Source: an uncultured Armatimonadia bacterium
GTDB lineage: Bacteria; Armatimonadota; Zipacnadia; CAVVLO01
Length of the DNA: 64,000 bases
Assembly (NCBI GenBank): GCA_963749155.1
Contig: CAVVLO010000002.1
Coordinates: forward strand, 288,001 to 352,000
Direction of reading: 5' to 3'
Part shown: piece after piece, positions 38,151 through 48,008 of the stretch
Layout: the number at the start of each line of letters is the position of its first letter
Position numbering within the stretch: the first letter of the stretch is position 1
The notes under the pieces: model-generated
Database searches by the model: none
Told to the model about the DNA's origin: nothing
What the model saw: only the letters and a program-made list of their open reading frames with translations
Made by a program: the position numbers and the translations under genes

Positions 38151-39890
38151 CTACTCACTTACGCTGCGCTTGATGGCAAGCAGCTCTTTCATTACAGTGT
38201 AGAGGTCGTCCACGCCTTGCGTGCCGAAGGCATCGTGCAGCCGCTTATATAACGCGTAGAGCTTGTCGTAGACGGCAACACTGCCCGGCACAGGCTCGAA
38301 GACGTGTTCTTTAAGGCCGCCCATCTTGGCCTGAGCCTCTATGATATCCGTGTAATAGCCAGCAGCGACTGCGCCGAACATCGCCGAGCCCAGCGCGCAA
38401 GTCTGGCCCGACTTCGAGACCTTAATCGGCCTGCCTGTGATATCCGCGTAGACTTGCATTATCAGCGGGTTCTTCTCCGCGAGCCCGCCACACGCGACGA
38501 TCTGCTCGACCTTGACGCCATACTCCTCGAAGCGCTCGATGATGACGCGCGCCCCGTAAGCGGTCGCCTCGACGAGAGCGAGGAAGAGCTCCTCAGGCTT
38601 CGTCCCGAGCGTCAGCCCGACAACAAGCCCCGTGAGATTGGGGTCCACCAGGACGGTGCGGTTGCCGTTGAGCCAGTCCAACGCCAGCAGGCCGCTCTCG
38701 CCCGCCTTCAGCTTGCTTGCGCCCTGGGTCATCACGGCGTAGAAAAGGTCTTTGGCCTCCTCCATCAACTCCGGCACTTGCCCTGCAAGGCTGGCACCGA
38801 CCGCGGTACGCGGAAGGAGATTCTCCAAAGGCCATCTCATCTGGTCGCGCCACCAGGCAAAGATGTCGCCAACCGCCGACTGGCCCGCCTCAAGGCCTTC
38901 CATACCAGGCACAACGCTGCCATCTACCTGACCGCAGATGCCTTCGACTCGCTCGGTAAGGTCGGGCGCGACCATTACATCACAGGTGGAAGTACCCATT
39001 ATCTTGACCAGCGTGCCTGGGGCGATGGTTGCCCCAACTCCGCCAAAATGAGCATCGAAGGCCCCGCCTGCGACAGCGATGCCTTCCTGAAGGCCCAACC
39101 GTCCGGCCCACTCCTTTGACAGCCCACCGATCTTCACATCCGCGGTGTAGGTATCGTTATAAAGCTTCGCTCGCAGGCCTTTGAGGCGGGGCGACAGTGC
39201 CACGAGGAACTCTTCCGAGGGAAGCCCGTCCCATTCAGCATTCCACATCGCCTTGTGGCCGGCCGCGCACCGGCTGCGCTTGAGCCTGGCGGGATCAGTC
39301 TCCCCCACCAGCAGCGCGGGCATCCAGTCACAGTGCTCAACGAAGCTGGCAGCAGCCTCGAAGACCTCTGGGTCGACCCTGGAAAGCACCAGGATCTTGC
39401 TGAAGTACCACTCGGAGGAGTAGATGCCACCGGAGTACTTCGTAAAGTCCGGATCCCACTTGTGGGCCAGCTCGTTGATCTGACCTGCCTCGGCATGGCT
39501 GGTATGGTCTTTCCAAAGCCATACCATCGCATTGGGATTGTCTTTGAAACGTGGATCAAAGGAGAGTGGCATCCCATCGGCGCCGACAGGCATCGGCGAA
39601 CTGCCCGTCGTGTCTATACCGATCCCAATGATGGCCTTCGGCGAGAAGCCCGGCACGCCGGCTGCATCAGCCAGAGCCCCTTTCACAGAGGCCTCGAGCC
39701 CCTCGATGTAGTCCTGGGGATTCTGCCGCGCGAAATGAGGGTCGCGCTCGTCGAGGATTACGCCGTCCTTACCGCTCGGGAAGTTGAATACGCTGGTGCC
39801 AACCTCTTCACCAGTCTCGACATCCACAATCAGGGCGCGCACCGAGTTGGTACCGTAATCCAGGCCCAGGGCGAACTTGCGCTCAGCCAT
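38151..39890 (-). CDS. araB: L-ribulokinase
   Basis: GLDYGTNSVRA, IDTTGSS, LWKDHT, YSSEW, RSRCAAGHK, FDAH, LEAGQSAVGD, LDWLNGNRT. Confidence 0.93.
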   Translation of the reverse strand: MAERKFALGLDYGTNSVRALIVDVETGEEVGTSVFNFPSGKDGVILDERDPHFARQNPQDYIEGLEASVKGALADAAGVPGFSPKAIIGIGIDTTGSSPMPVGADGMPLSFDPRFKDNPNAMVWLWKDHTSHAEAGQINELAHKWDPDFTKYSGGIYSSEWYFSKILVLSRVDPEVFEAAASFVEHCDWMPALLVGETDPARLKRSRCAAGHKAMWNAEWDGLPSEEFLVALSPRLKGLRAKLYNDTYTADVKIGGLSKEWAGRLGLQEGIAVAGGAFDAHFGGVGATIAPGTLVKIMGTSTCDVMVAPDLTERVEGICGQVDGSVVPGMEGLEAGQSAVGDIFAWWRDQMRWPLENLLPRTAVGASLAGQVPELMEEAKDLFYAVMTQGASKLKAGESGLLALDWLNGNRTVLVDPNLTGLVVGLTLGTKPEELFLALVEATAYGARVIIERFEEYGVKVEQIVACGGLAEKNPLIMQVYADITGRPIKVSKSGQTCALGSAMFGAVAAGYYTDIIEAQAKMGGLKEHVFEPVPGSVAVYDKLYALYKRLHDAFGTQGVDDLYTVMKELLAIKRSVSE

Positions 39891-39947
39891 ATCTGCCTCC
39901 TGCTTGCTACCCGCCTGGCAGGCGGGGGGGTATTGTCTCAGCCTTCA

Positions 39948-40592
39948 CTACTGCTGGCCGTATTTTTCCATATACTGCTTATGCGCGCGAGTTACTTCTT
40001 CAGCCGGAATCTCATCCGGCTGACCGAGCTGCAACGCCAGATGCACCGTCTTGGCGGTATCCTCAATCATCACGGCCGCTTTGAAGGCTGCCACAACCGT
40101 TGGGCCCACTGCGAAAACTCCGTGATTCTTCATCAGAAGCACTGGACTGGTGCCAATCTTGGCAACGATCTCCTGACCGATCTCCTCGCCGCCTATCCTG
40201 GCATAGGCTGAAACCGGAATCGGTCCGCCAAACTCGTCCGCCATCGCGGTCAGATAGACAGGGATAGGCTTCCCGAGCGCCGCGAAGGCTGTCGCATAAT
40301 TGGAATGGGTGTGGATAACGCTGTTTACCTGCGACATATGACGGTATACATAGAGGTGCGTTGCTGTATCTACGGAGGCCTTATATGGACCTTCTACCAG
40401 GTTGCCCTCCATATCGACAACCGCCATATCCTCAGGCTGAAGGGCATCGAAATCTACCCCTGAGGGTTTGATTACCACGAGACCGCTCTCGGCGTCGCGT
40501 CCGCTGACATTGCCGCTTGTCATCGTCACGAGCCCTTCTGCGGGCAGCAGCTTGTTGTACTTGCAGACAGTCGCTTTCAATTCTTCAAGCAT
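39948..40592 (-). CDS. araD: L-ribulose-5-phosphate 4-epimerase (class II aldolase family)
   Basis: TSGNVS, IKPSGV, SVDTATH, HTHS, NHGVF; adjacent to araB. Confidence 0.88.
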   Translation of the reverse strand: MLEELKATVCKYNKLLPAEGLVTMTSGNVSGRDAESGLVVIKPSGVDFDALQPEDMAVVDMEGNLVEGPYKASVDTATHLYVYRHMSQVNSVIHTHSNYATAFAALGKPIPVYLTAMADEFGGPIPVSAYARIGGEEIGQEIVAKIGTSPVLLMKNHGVFAVGPTVVAAFKAAVMIEDTAKTVHLALQLGQPDEIPAEEVTRAHKQYMEKYGQQ

Positions 40593-40656
40593 CTTCTTGC
40601 TCCCTTTTGCAGCCTGTCAATTCGCCTTAGGTCCGCTCGCTCCTGCGAGGGTCTGG

Positions 40657-43600
40657 TCAATCCTGGACCAGCACAACCTGCGGCCTTACCCAGTTGGCCC
40701 AGTCATAAGTTCCATCGCCAAGAGCATCCACGCGCAGTCGCAGTTCAATCTCGCGGCCTGCCCAGGGGGCCAGATTCACCTCATGAGTAGTGCCAGGCCC
40801 TGCCAGTTGGGTATGGTGCCAGACTTCCTTGCCCTCGACGAGAAGCGAATAGCCGACTCCGTTAGAACTGTCGCCCGACAGTAGGGTGCCGAACCGCAGC
40901 AGGAGTCGCTGGCCTGAGGCAAGCTCAGGTAGCGTGAGGTGGAATATGCCATCCGAGACACCTTCTTCAGGGGGATGGTGGAACAGGCTTAGCTGAGTCT
41001 TCCCGTCCAGCTCGACCTGCTCGGGTCGCCAGCCTGGTGTGTTGACCCACTCAGCCTGGTTGCGCAGTTTGTAGAGATCCCAAACCACTTCGCTGGGCAA
41101 CGCGGTATAAAGGGCTTCGAGTTCGGCAATCCAGGAACCAAAGCTTTCGCCACCTTCCCGGATATGAGTGATGTGACACTCTTCGCCGAGTCGTTTAACG
41201 CGTTGAACTACCTCAGCCGCCTGCTCGGGATCCGTCAGCCCGTAGCTCTCGGGCCACGTCAGTTGCAGATACCAGAAGGGCAGCATCAACTTCTCGATGC
41301 GGATTTCCAGCTCGCGCGAATCGGCTTCCACCCAGGCTTTCTCAAGCAAGGCCAGCGATTCGGCACAGAAAGTGTCTGGGTTGGTCCAGCGTGGATCCCA
41401 GGCGCCAAAGCCATGCGCATCGGGACGCTCAGCCAGCTTGTCCATCAAAGCCAGGAAGTCCCAAACCGCTGGCCAGACCTTGCCATAGTAGCCTTTGCAA
41501 AACTCGAGCCTGATTTGCATCGGGTCGCGGCTGGGATCCCACATCAACTGACTTGCGAGATACTGGCGCAGTTCTGCCAGCTCTCCCCCTGGACTCTGGT
41601 AGTTGCCCTGCACCATCACCCCGTTGACACCGCTCTTGCCATAGTATTTGAGGTCGGCCGCAAGCCCCGCCAGATTGGGGTTCGGCGCCAGGTAGTGGGC
41701 AAAATTGGTCGCGTAATGCCAGATAAATACTCGCTTGCACCGAGTCGTCCACTCGTCCAGCCAGGTTGAGAAGTTCGCGCCCAGCCCACATTTTTCAAAG
41801 CCGTGGAAATAACAACCCGCATGGCACAGCCTGATGATGACGTTGTCCCGGGGCGGGGTCGTACCCGGCTTCACAGAGTAAGCATAGGCCAGCGTCTCGA
41901 CCCACTTGTCGGGGTAGCGCTCTTTCATCACATCTGCGATAGCATTCACGAAACGCATAATCGGCTCATGCTGACTACCGCTCTCGTTCACCAGCGCCAT
42001 ACAGTGCTCGCACTCGCAAGCGCCTTCCCCATCGTTTTGGGAAACGTCGATAATCGGCACGTCAGGATGTTCTTCAGCCCACTTCAGTACACGCTCGGTG
42101 GCAATCCGAAGCACGTCAGGATTGGTCCAGCACAGTTGCCCATGGATGGTCTGATCGGTGCGCTTGCCTCCCACCAGGCTGAAATATTCGGGATGTTCGG
42201 CATAGAACTCCGATGGGGGCACTAACTGGCATGCGCTATGCACATAAGGGAAGAAGTCAATTTTGCCTCCCACCTCGGCATCAAGGGCTTGCTTGGGGCC
42301 ATTCAATCGCTGGCGGGTGGCGATCTCCTTCGGGAAACTGTCGAAGTAGAGCGTCTCCCGATACATTAGCGGAGGCGCATAACTGTAATCGAGAGCCGGC
42401 AGGCTCAGCGTGGTTTGCTCTGGAATTACCGTGCAGTCGCCAGCCAGGAAACGCACGCCCAGGTAACGCTCAAGCAAGACGTAGACACTGTAGAGCTGGC
42501 CCCTGTCGTTCTGGCCAAGCAACACGATATCGCGCCCAACCGACTTGAGTAAGACACCATCCTCGGCCAGAGCCGCTGCGCGAGCCTGCAATCTGTCAGC
42601 GCCAGAACGCTTCACTGGCCCAAGTATAAACGCAGGTTTTGCTCCAGCCTCGCTCTCGCTTACGATGGGCAACTCCGCCCCAGAGCATTGTTTTAGGAAA
42701 TACTGCAGTTCCTTCGCGGCATAAAGCTGGGTGGGAGTGGCCTCATCAGGCGTCAAGATGACGTAGTTCGAGGCGCCCTCCTGGGCGATGAGAAGCTCCG
42801 AGGTAGATTCTGCCGCCCCTTCGAACTGGGTGGCAGGAAGTAACTCATCCCAGCTTTCGATGCCCAGGATCGGCTTTGCAAACTCGACGGTCTGCTCCCA
42901 GGCGGGAGTGCCCGCGTCGTGCCAGACCTGCCAGGAGAGCTTCTTCCTGTCCGGTATATGCGGCAGTGGATCGTCCAGCTTGCGCGTCCAAAGTCCAAGG
43001 TTCAACCCGCCTTCCTGCCCGTGGTCCACATGCCGGTGAAGGATGAAAGCTTCGATGCCCGGCATGCTGTCGATTTTGTGCCAGGCAGCTGCAAGTGCCG
43101 CAGCTTGGAGTTGTTCGCCGGCCTCACCCGGCTCAGTGTGGAAACCTTGCTCTGAGAGGATGATGTGGCGTGGCTGGCCCTTGTAGAGCAGTCTCGATTG
43201 CGCCATATACGCCGGCAGCACTTCGATATTCTTGAAGGTTATCTTCGGAGTCTGGAAGCTGAGGGTAGCCTCTCTGTCGTCCCAGAAACGCGGATTGAAG
43301 AGATTTTCAGGATAAGGATGAAAGGCCACCTGCCAGGGGAAGTCTCCTCCCTGTTTACCCCAAACGGCCAGCTTGTCGATGAAGTCCTTGCCAGGAAAGC
43401 CTTTCAGCGGGTCGTTGTAGTAGTTCTCTGTCCAGCTCTGGGTCATCGAAACATAAGTCCGAAGCTCTGGATGGGTGCTGCGCGCAATCAGGTCGGTCAC
43501 GCGCAAGGTCCGACCGTAATCCTCGATTAGCTCATCAAGGGTCGCCTTGCCCATATTGTGCCAGTCCCAGTGGGCCTGGACCTCGTTGCCCACGACGAAG

Positions 43601-44409
43601 CCAGAAATCCAGCCATATCTGCAATCGGGTTGTGTATACCGGTCCGCAAGAAACTCGATAACAGCTCGATAATGCAGCAGGCCGCGTTCATCGGTCAGGT
43701 TGAAGGCGCCCAGATGGTTGGGGGCGCCGGCCAGGTCTGTCCGGGGATGGATGAAAGGATTCTCGGGATGCGGCTCGGATGGCACGCCGTTTATGGGGAT
43801 GAGGGTACAGTTGATGCCCGCCTCGGTAAGAGTCTTGAGCGTGGCATCAAAGCCTCGGATATAGGCCATATTGATTGGTATGGACTCGCCATCCACTTCC
43901 CAGGTGGCTTCGGGAGGATTGCCAGAGAAGTCGACGACCGCAGAGACCAGGAGTCCGAAGGCGGCATAGCCAAGCCCCAGATCAACAGCATCCTCAGGAA
44001 GCTGCACCTGCAAGCCTTTCTTGTTTTTTGGCCAGGGTAATTCGAAGCGGCGGTCTGGGAGGGGTTCTACCTCGGTTATATAATGAGGCGCGCCCAAGGC
44101 GTGGCCGGTTGCCTTCCTCACCAGCAGGAACTTGCTGAACAACCTGTCGCGCTGGCCCTCGAACCGGGGCAGGTGGACCGGCTGGCTGGTTGCCTCGCCT
44201 TCCCACAGAGGCGTCCGGTCGTGCCAGTCGGTTGGCTCCTCCCAAAGGCGATACTCGAAGAGCTGCAATTGCTCTCCAGCGGGCGCCCCCAGTTCGAAGA
44301 GAAGCTCTGTCTGGCTTGCAGTGACACTTCGTATACCCGACACCGCCGAGTAGCCTGAACTCGCCAGGAATACAAGCACTAATAGAAGAGGCCAGCAATA
44401 TCCAAACAC
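40657..44409 (-). CDS. secreted fusion of DUF5722-like and DUF4838-like glycosidase-fold domains plus a C-terminal CBM-like domain
   Basis: Signal peptide; KKGLQVQ, VVGNEV, AFHPYP, ILSEQGF (domain 1); YAAKELQYFL, GQLCWTNP, SQNDG...CEC..C, TLAYAY (domain 2). Confidence 0.7.
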   Translation of the reverse strand: MFGYCWPLLLVLVFLASSGYSAVSGIRSVTASQTELLFELGAPAGEQLQLFEYRLWEEPTDWHDRTPLWEGEATSQPVHLPRFEGQRDRLFSKFLLVRKATGHALGAPHYITEVEPLPDRRFELPWPKNKKGLQVQLPEDAVDLGLGYAAFGLLVSAVVDFSGNPPEATWEVDGESIPINMAYIRGFDATLKTLTEAGINCTLIPINGVPSEPHPENPFIHPRTDLAGAPNHLGAFNLTDERGLLHYRAVIEFLADRYTQPDCRYGWISGFVVGNEVQAHWDWHNMGKATLDELIEDYGRTLRVTDLIARSTHPELRTYVSMTQSWTENYYNDPLKGFPGKDFIDKLAVWGKQGGDFPWQVAFHPYPENLFNPRFWDDREATLSFQTPKITFKNIEVLPAYMAQSRLLYKGQPRHIILSEQGFHTEPGEAGEQLQAAALAAAWHKIDSMPGIEAFILHRHVDHGQEGGLNLGLWTRKLDDPLPHIPDRKKLSWQVWHDAGTPAWEQTVEFAKPILGIESWDELLPATQFEGAAESTSELLIAQEGASNYVILTPDEATPTQLYAAKELQYFLKQCSGAELPIVSESEAGAKPAFILGPVKRSGADRLQARAAALAEDGVLLKSVGRDIVLLGQNDRGQLYSVYVLLERYLGVRFLAGDCTVIPEQTTLSLPALDYSYAPPLMYRETLYFDSFPKEIATRQRLNGPKQALDAEVGGKIDFFPYVHSACQLVPPSEFYAEHPEYFSLVGGKRTDQTIHGQLCWTNPDVLRIATERVLKWAEEHPDVPIIDVSQNDGEGACECEHCMALVNESGSQHEPIMRFVNAIADVMKERYPDKWVETLAYAYSVKPGTTPPRDNVIIRLCHAGCYFHGFEKCGLGANFSTWLDEWTTRCKRVFIWHYATNFAHYLAPNPNLAGLAADLKYYGKSGVNGVMVQGNYQSPGGELAELRQYLASQLMWDPSRDPMQIRLEFCKGYYGKVWPAVWDFLALMDKLAERPDAHGFGAWDPRWTNPDTFCAESLALLEKAWVEADSRELEIRIEKLMLPFWYLQLTWPESYGLTDPEQAAEVVQRVKRLGEECHITHIREGGESFGSWIAELEALYTALPSEVVWDLYKLRNQAEWVNTPGWRPEQVELDGKTQLSLFHHPPEEGVSDGIFHLTLPELASGQRLLLRFGTLLSGDSSNGVGYSLLVEGKEVWHHTQLAGPGTTHEVNLAPWAGREIELRLRVDALGDGTYDWANWVRPQVVLVQD

Positions 44410-44527
44410 GACGCTCCCTCCAGCAGGGGCTTCAAATCAACTAGCTGGCATTGTAGCAGCTTGGGGCCAAAGTGACTCCAGGCAAAGGGCGCGAATTGCG
44501 CCTGCTTCCAGTGGCTGGTAATATGCT

Positions 44528-46018
44528 GTGGCGCTCGAATCTCGTTCTTATGCGATAAGGAGCGATATGGCCTCAGGGCTTTCCCGCAGAGACGCCAAAG
44601 GCAGCGCTGTAACCCTTGGCACGAAGGCGACGGCCACGCTCATCTCTCTGGGCGGAACCGCTGTATTCGCGCGGCTACTAACTCCAGGCGACTTTGGCCT
44701 GGTCGATATGCTCGGTACGGGCCTTGCCCTGATGGGCACTTTCGGCAACTTCGGTCTTAGCCAGGCGACCGTCCAGAAATATGACCTCAAACGAGGCGAA
44801 GTTAACAACCTTTTCTGGCTTAACTGCCTCTTCGGGCTGACGCTTTGGGGTGTCTGCTCGCTGCTTGCTCCACTGATTGCCCTCTTCTATGGGGTGCCAG
44901 AACTAACCGCCGTGGCGCGTGTCGGCAGTTTTGTGTTCGTCTGGGCTGCGTTGAAAGCCCAACCAGAGGCCTTATTGCAGCGGCGGGGGCATTTTCTCGA
45001 ACTCGGAGCGGCCCAGATTGGTGGCCAGGCTATTGGCCTTGCAGCGGGCATCTGGGTTGCTACTCACGGCGGCACCTACTGGGCGCTCATAACAAACAGT
45101 ATAACCTCCACCTTTGCCACGGCCCTCTTTGGATTATGGTTTGCGCGCTTTGTGCCTGGCAGCTGGGATCGCACCGCGGACATCCGTCCCATGCTGAAAT
45201 TCGGCGCCAATCTCGTCCTGTCTGCCTTGATTGCCTTCAGTTCGCGCAACCTCGACCGCATCGTCATAGGTAAGGTGTGGGGAGAGGCGCCTCTGGGTGA
45301 ATATACTCGCGCCTATCGGCTCTATACCTTGCCTGTGCAGCTCGCAAGTGGGCCCCTGGCGACTGTGATGTTACCTTCACTTGCCCGACGTCAGCTTTCT
45401 CCCAGGCGGCTTGGGGTCATTTGGTTCAGGTCGGTCGCTTTCCTCATAATGACAGGCAGTGCAATCAGTCTTATCCTCTCACTGGAGGCCAAAGGCTTTG
45501 TAGGGCTGGTGCTTGGTTCTCAATGGACTGCCATCATCCCCTACGTGCAGGTACTGTGCGGCTTTGGCGTCATCCAGCCGATTTTGAATAGCTCAGGCTG
45601 GGTGTTCATATCAAGTGGAAACACGAAATATATGGTCATAACCGGCCTTATCAACACAGCGGTATTTGCTGCCGCCTTCCTTCTTTTCGTAAAACTTGGA
45701 GTATTGAAACTGATCTGGGCTTATTCACTTGCCCAGCTGCTTGTGGGATTGCCTGTAAATGTAGGCTATATACTGAAGGTGACTGGCCTCGGGCCCAGGG
45801 CCATATTCAGACTGTGGGGGCCAGCTTTTGGCCTGATTGCGTTATGGGGCGCGGCTGAAGCAGGTTTCCACTGGCTGCTTGCCCAGTATACTTCGCTGGG
45901 AGACGTACCAGTCTTTTTCCTGAGTCTGGCCTTCGCGACAGCAACCTGGTTTATACTGGCCTGGTGGGGCCCCTTCGAGGTCATCCAGGGATTTAACAGC
46001 AGGAGGAAAGCAACTTGA
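44528..46018 (+). CDS. Wzx-type polysaccharide flippase
   Basis: ARLLTPGDFGLV, FGLSQATVQ, RNLDRIVIGKVWG...LGEYTRAY; many transmembrane helices. Confidence 0.85.
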   Translation: MALESRSYAIRSDMASGLSRRDAKGSAVTLGTKATATLISLGGTAVFARLLTPGDFGLVDMLGTGLALMGTFGNFGLSQATVQKYDLKRGEVNNLFWLNCLFGLTLWGVCSLLAPLIALFYGVPELTAVARVGSFVFVWAALKAQPEALLQRRGHFLELGAAQIGGQAIGLAAGIWVATHGGTYWALITNSITSTFATALFGLWFARFVPGSWDRTADIRPMLKFGANLVLSALIAFSSRNLDRIVIGKVWGEAPLGEYTRAYRLYTLPVQLASGPLATVMLPSLARRQLSPRRLGVIWFRSVAFLIMTGSAISLILSLEAKGFVGLVLGSQWTAIIPYVQVLCGFGVIQPILNSSGWVFISSGNTKYMVITGLINTAVFAAAFLLFVKLGVLKLIWAYSLAQLLVGLPVNVGYILKVTGLGPRAIFRLWGPAFGLIALWGAAEAGFHWLLAQYTSLGDVPVFFLSLAFATATWFILAWWGPFEVIQGFNSRRKAT

Positions 46019-47151
46019 GCAAGCCCACAGTAGCTATACTTGCTGGCTATGTGTCGAGCAATATGCTGGGACGCGCGCATGTCCTGTGGGAGTTGCTGCG
46101 GGAGGATTTTGACGCCTTCCTGGTCGGGCCAGAATATGGGCTTGGCATATGGGAACCGCTGGCTTCGGCCAACCTGCCCTTGCGTATTATTGAAGCCACT
46201 CATCTGAGCAACCCAGTGAAACTGCTCAGGCTGATCTCGGAAGCCGCCAAAGCAGACCTGGTAATCGCCTCCAAGCCTTTCGCTACGAGCTTCGGCGCAG
46301 GTTTGCTGGCGCGCCAGAGATTCGGCTCTCCTTTGATACTCGATATGGATGACGCCGATCTGCCCAGGTTGCCTCATTCGGTCTTTGAATGGGCCAAATC
46401 GGTGCGTGACATCCGCCGCCATCATTGGTGGTGGAGTATGGCCGCGCTGCAGCCTCTTATCCGCACAGCAGATGCCCGGACCGCGGCCACGCGCGTGCTT
46501 GAACGTTTCTACAAAGCCGATGAATATATCCCCCATGCCCGCGATGCTGCGCTCTTCAGGCCGGCTGAGTGGCCCCTTGAAGAGGCCAAAGCAGCCCTGG
46601 GACTCACTGGCAAGCGAGTGGTGATGTTCCTGGGCACCCCGCGTGAGCATAAGGGCCTGGCCGAACTCGCCCAGGCTGTCGGCGCGCTGCCTGATGAAGA
46701 TGTCCGGCTGGTATACATCGGCACTACAAAAGATGCAGCCTTCCTGACCAGGGTTGAAGACCTTACACGCGGGCGTGGCATCGCCCTTGCGCCTTTCCCC
46801 TTTGCCCAACTTCCGAGTCGCCTTGCAGCCGCCGATATTGTAGCCATCCCCCAGCAGCCAGGCGCCTTTGCCGCTGCCCAGCTCCCTGCCAAGGTGCTTG
46901 ACGCGATGGCTATGGCAAAGCCAGTGCTGGCGACCCAGGTGGGAGACTTGCCTGAAGTGCTCGAGGGGTGTGGCCTGCTGGCCAAAACGCCAACTGCAGA
47001 GGGCCTGTCAGCAGGTTTGGTAGCGTTATTAGCTGATGAGAAGCTTCGTATCCAGCTTGGGCAGGCGGGCAGAGAGAAGTTCCTTTCCACATATAGCCTG
47101 GAAGCCGTGCGCCCGCGCTTTGTAGCACTGGCGCGCAGACTGCTTGGCTGA
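46015..47151 (+). CDS. glycosyltransferase family 4
   Basis: FLGTPREHKG, ADIVAIP, PAKVLDAMAMAKPVLATQVGDLPEVL. Confidence 0.88.
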   Translation: MSKPTVAILAGYVSSNMLGRAHVLWELLREDFDAFLVGPEYGLGIWEPLASANLPLRIIEATHLSNPVKLLRLISEAAKADLVIASKPFATSFGAGLLARQRFGSPLILDMDDADLPRLPHSVFEWAKSVRDIRRHHWWWSMAALQPLIRTADARTAATRVLERFYKADEYIPHARDAALFRPAEWPLEEAKAALGLTGKRVVMFLGTPREHKGLAELAQAVGALPDEDVRLVYIGTTKDAAFLTRVEDLTRGRGIALAPFPFAQLPSRLAAADIVAIPQQPGAFAAAQLPAKVLDAMAMAKPVLATQVGDLPEVLEGCGLLAKTPTAEGLSAGLVALLADEKLRIQLGQAGREKFLSTYSLEAVRPRFVALARRLLG

Positions 47152-47160
47152 CGGATTGAC

Positions 47161-47940
47161 CTAACCAGGCAACTCAAAATGCGCCATAAGGCCGCGATGG
47201 TCGGTACCCATAAGTCCCCCAGGGCCTGCCTTCGTGACCAGTTGAGTCACCTCGCACCTCGTGCCCGCAGGCAGCTCCCTCAACGCCGGCCTGCAGAAAA
47301 TATAATCTATGCGCTCTACGGGGTCGTCGCTAGGCCAGGTACCACCTTCTGCCTCGCCCTGCGTGGCTACCCACAGGTCCTCAAAGCCACCCTCTCCAGT
47401 AAGCAGCGCGTAAGTGACGCTCTCAGGCGAGTCGTTGAAATCCCCCGCAACGATGGTGAGATCGCCCTTGGCCGTCCGGCCAACGTATTCCAGCACCTCC
47501 TGGGCCTGCAACTTGCGGCTGACCGAGCTGAGAGAGAAGTGGGTTACATAGAAGTCCACCACGCAGCCTGGGCCTTCGAGTTCGGCATGAAGTAAAACGC
47601 GCTGGTGATGGTCGTCGTAGTCGTCGGTCCGAGAGAGTTTCGTATAGTCATGCGAGCGGACAGGCAACCGCGAGAAGATGGCCACTCCCTCGCAACTTGG
47701 GTGCTCGGAGGGGTAGTGCATTGCCGGCTGGAAGATGTAGTCATAGCCTTCGAGTAGCTGAGCAAACTGGGCAGCCTGATCCAGGCCGTCCACGTTCTGC
47801 TCCTGGTCGTCGCGTATCTCCTGGAAGCCAATCACGTCAGGACTGAGTTCGATCAGCTCTTTGGCAAGCAACTCGCGGCGATCAAGCCACGGCTCATTAT
47901 AGTTCCAGATATTGAGGGTCACGACTTTCAGCGATGCCAT
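47161..47940 (-). CDS. endonuclease/exonuclease/phosphatase (EEP) family protein
   Basis: VTLNIWN, DVIGFQE, VTHF, AGDFN, RIDYIF, TDHRG. Confidence 0.9.
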   Translation of the reverse strand: MASLKVVTLNIWNYNEPWLDRRELLAKELIELSPDVIGFQEIRDDQEQNVDGLDQAAQFAQLLEGYDYIFQPAMHYPSEHPSCEGVAIFSRLPVRSHDYTKLSRTDDYDDHHQRVLLHAELEGPGCVVDFYVTHFSLSSVSRKLQAQEVLEYVGRTAKGDLTIVAGDFNDSPESVTYALLTGEGGFEDLWVATQGEAEGGTWPSDDPVERIDYIFCRPALRELPAGTRCEVTQLVTKAGPGGLMGTDHRGLMAHFELPG

Positions 47941-48008
47941 TGGAGTGCCTCCCGCCTCGTTTAGATGCGATTATAACACCGCTTCGTGAACAAACTGTTA
48001 AGGTTTCG

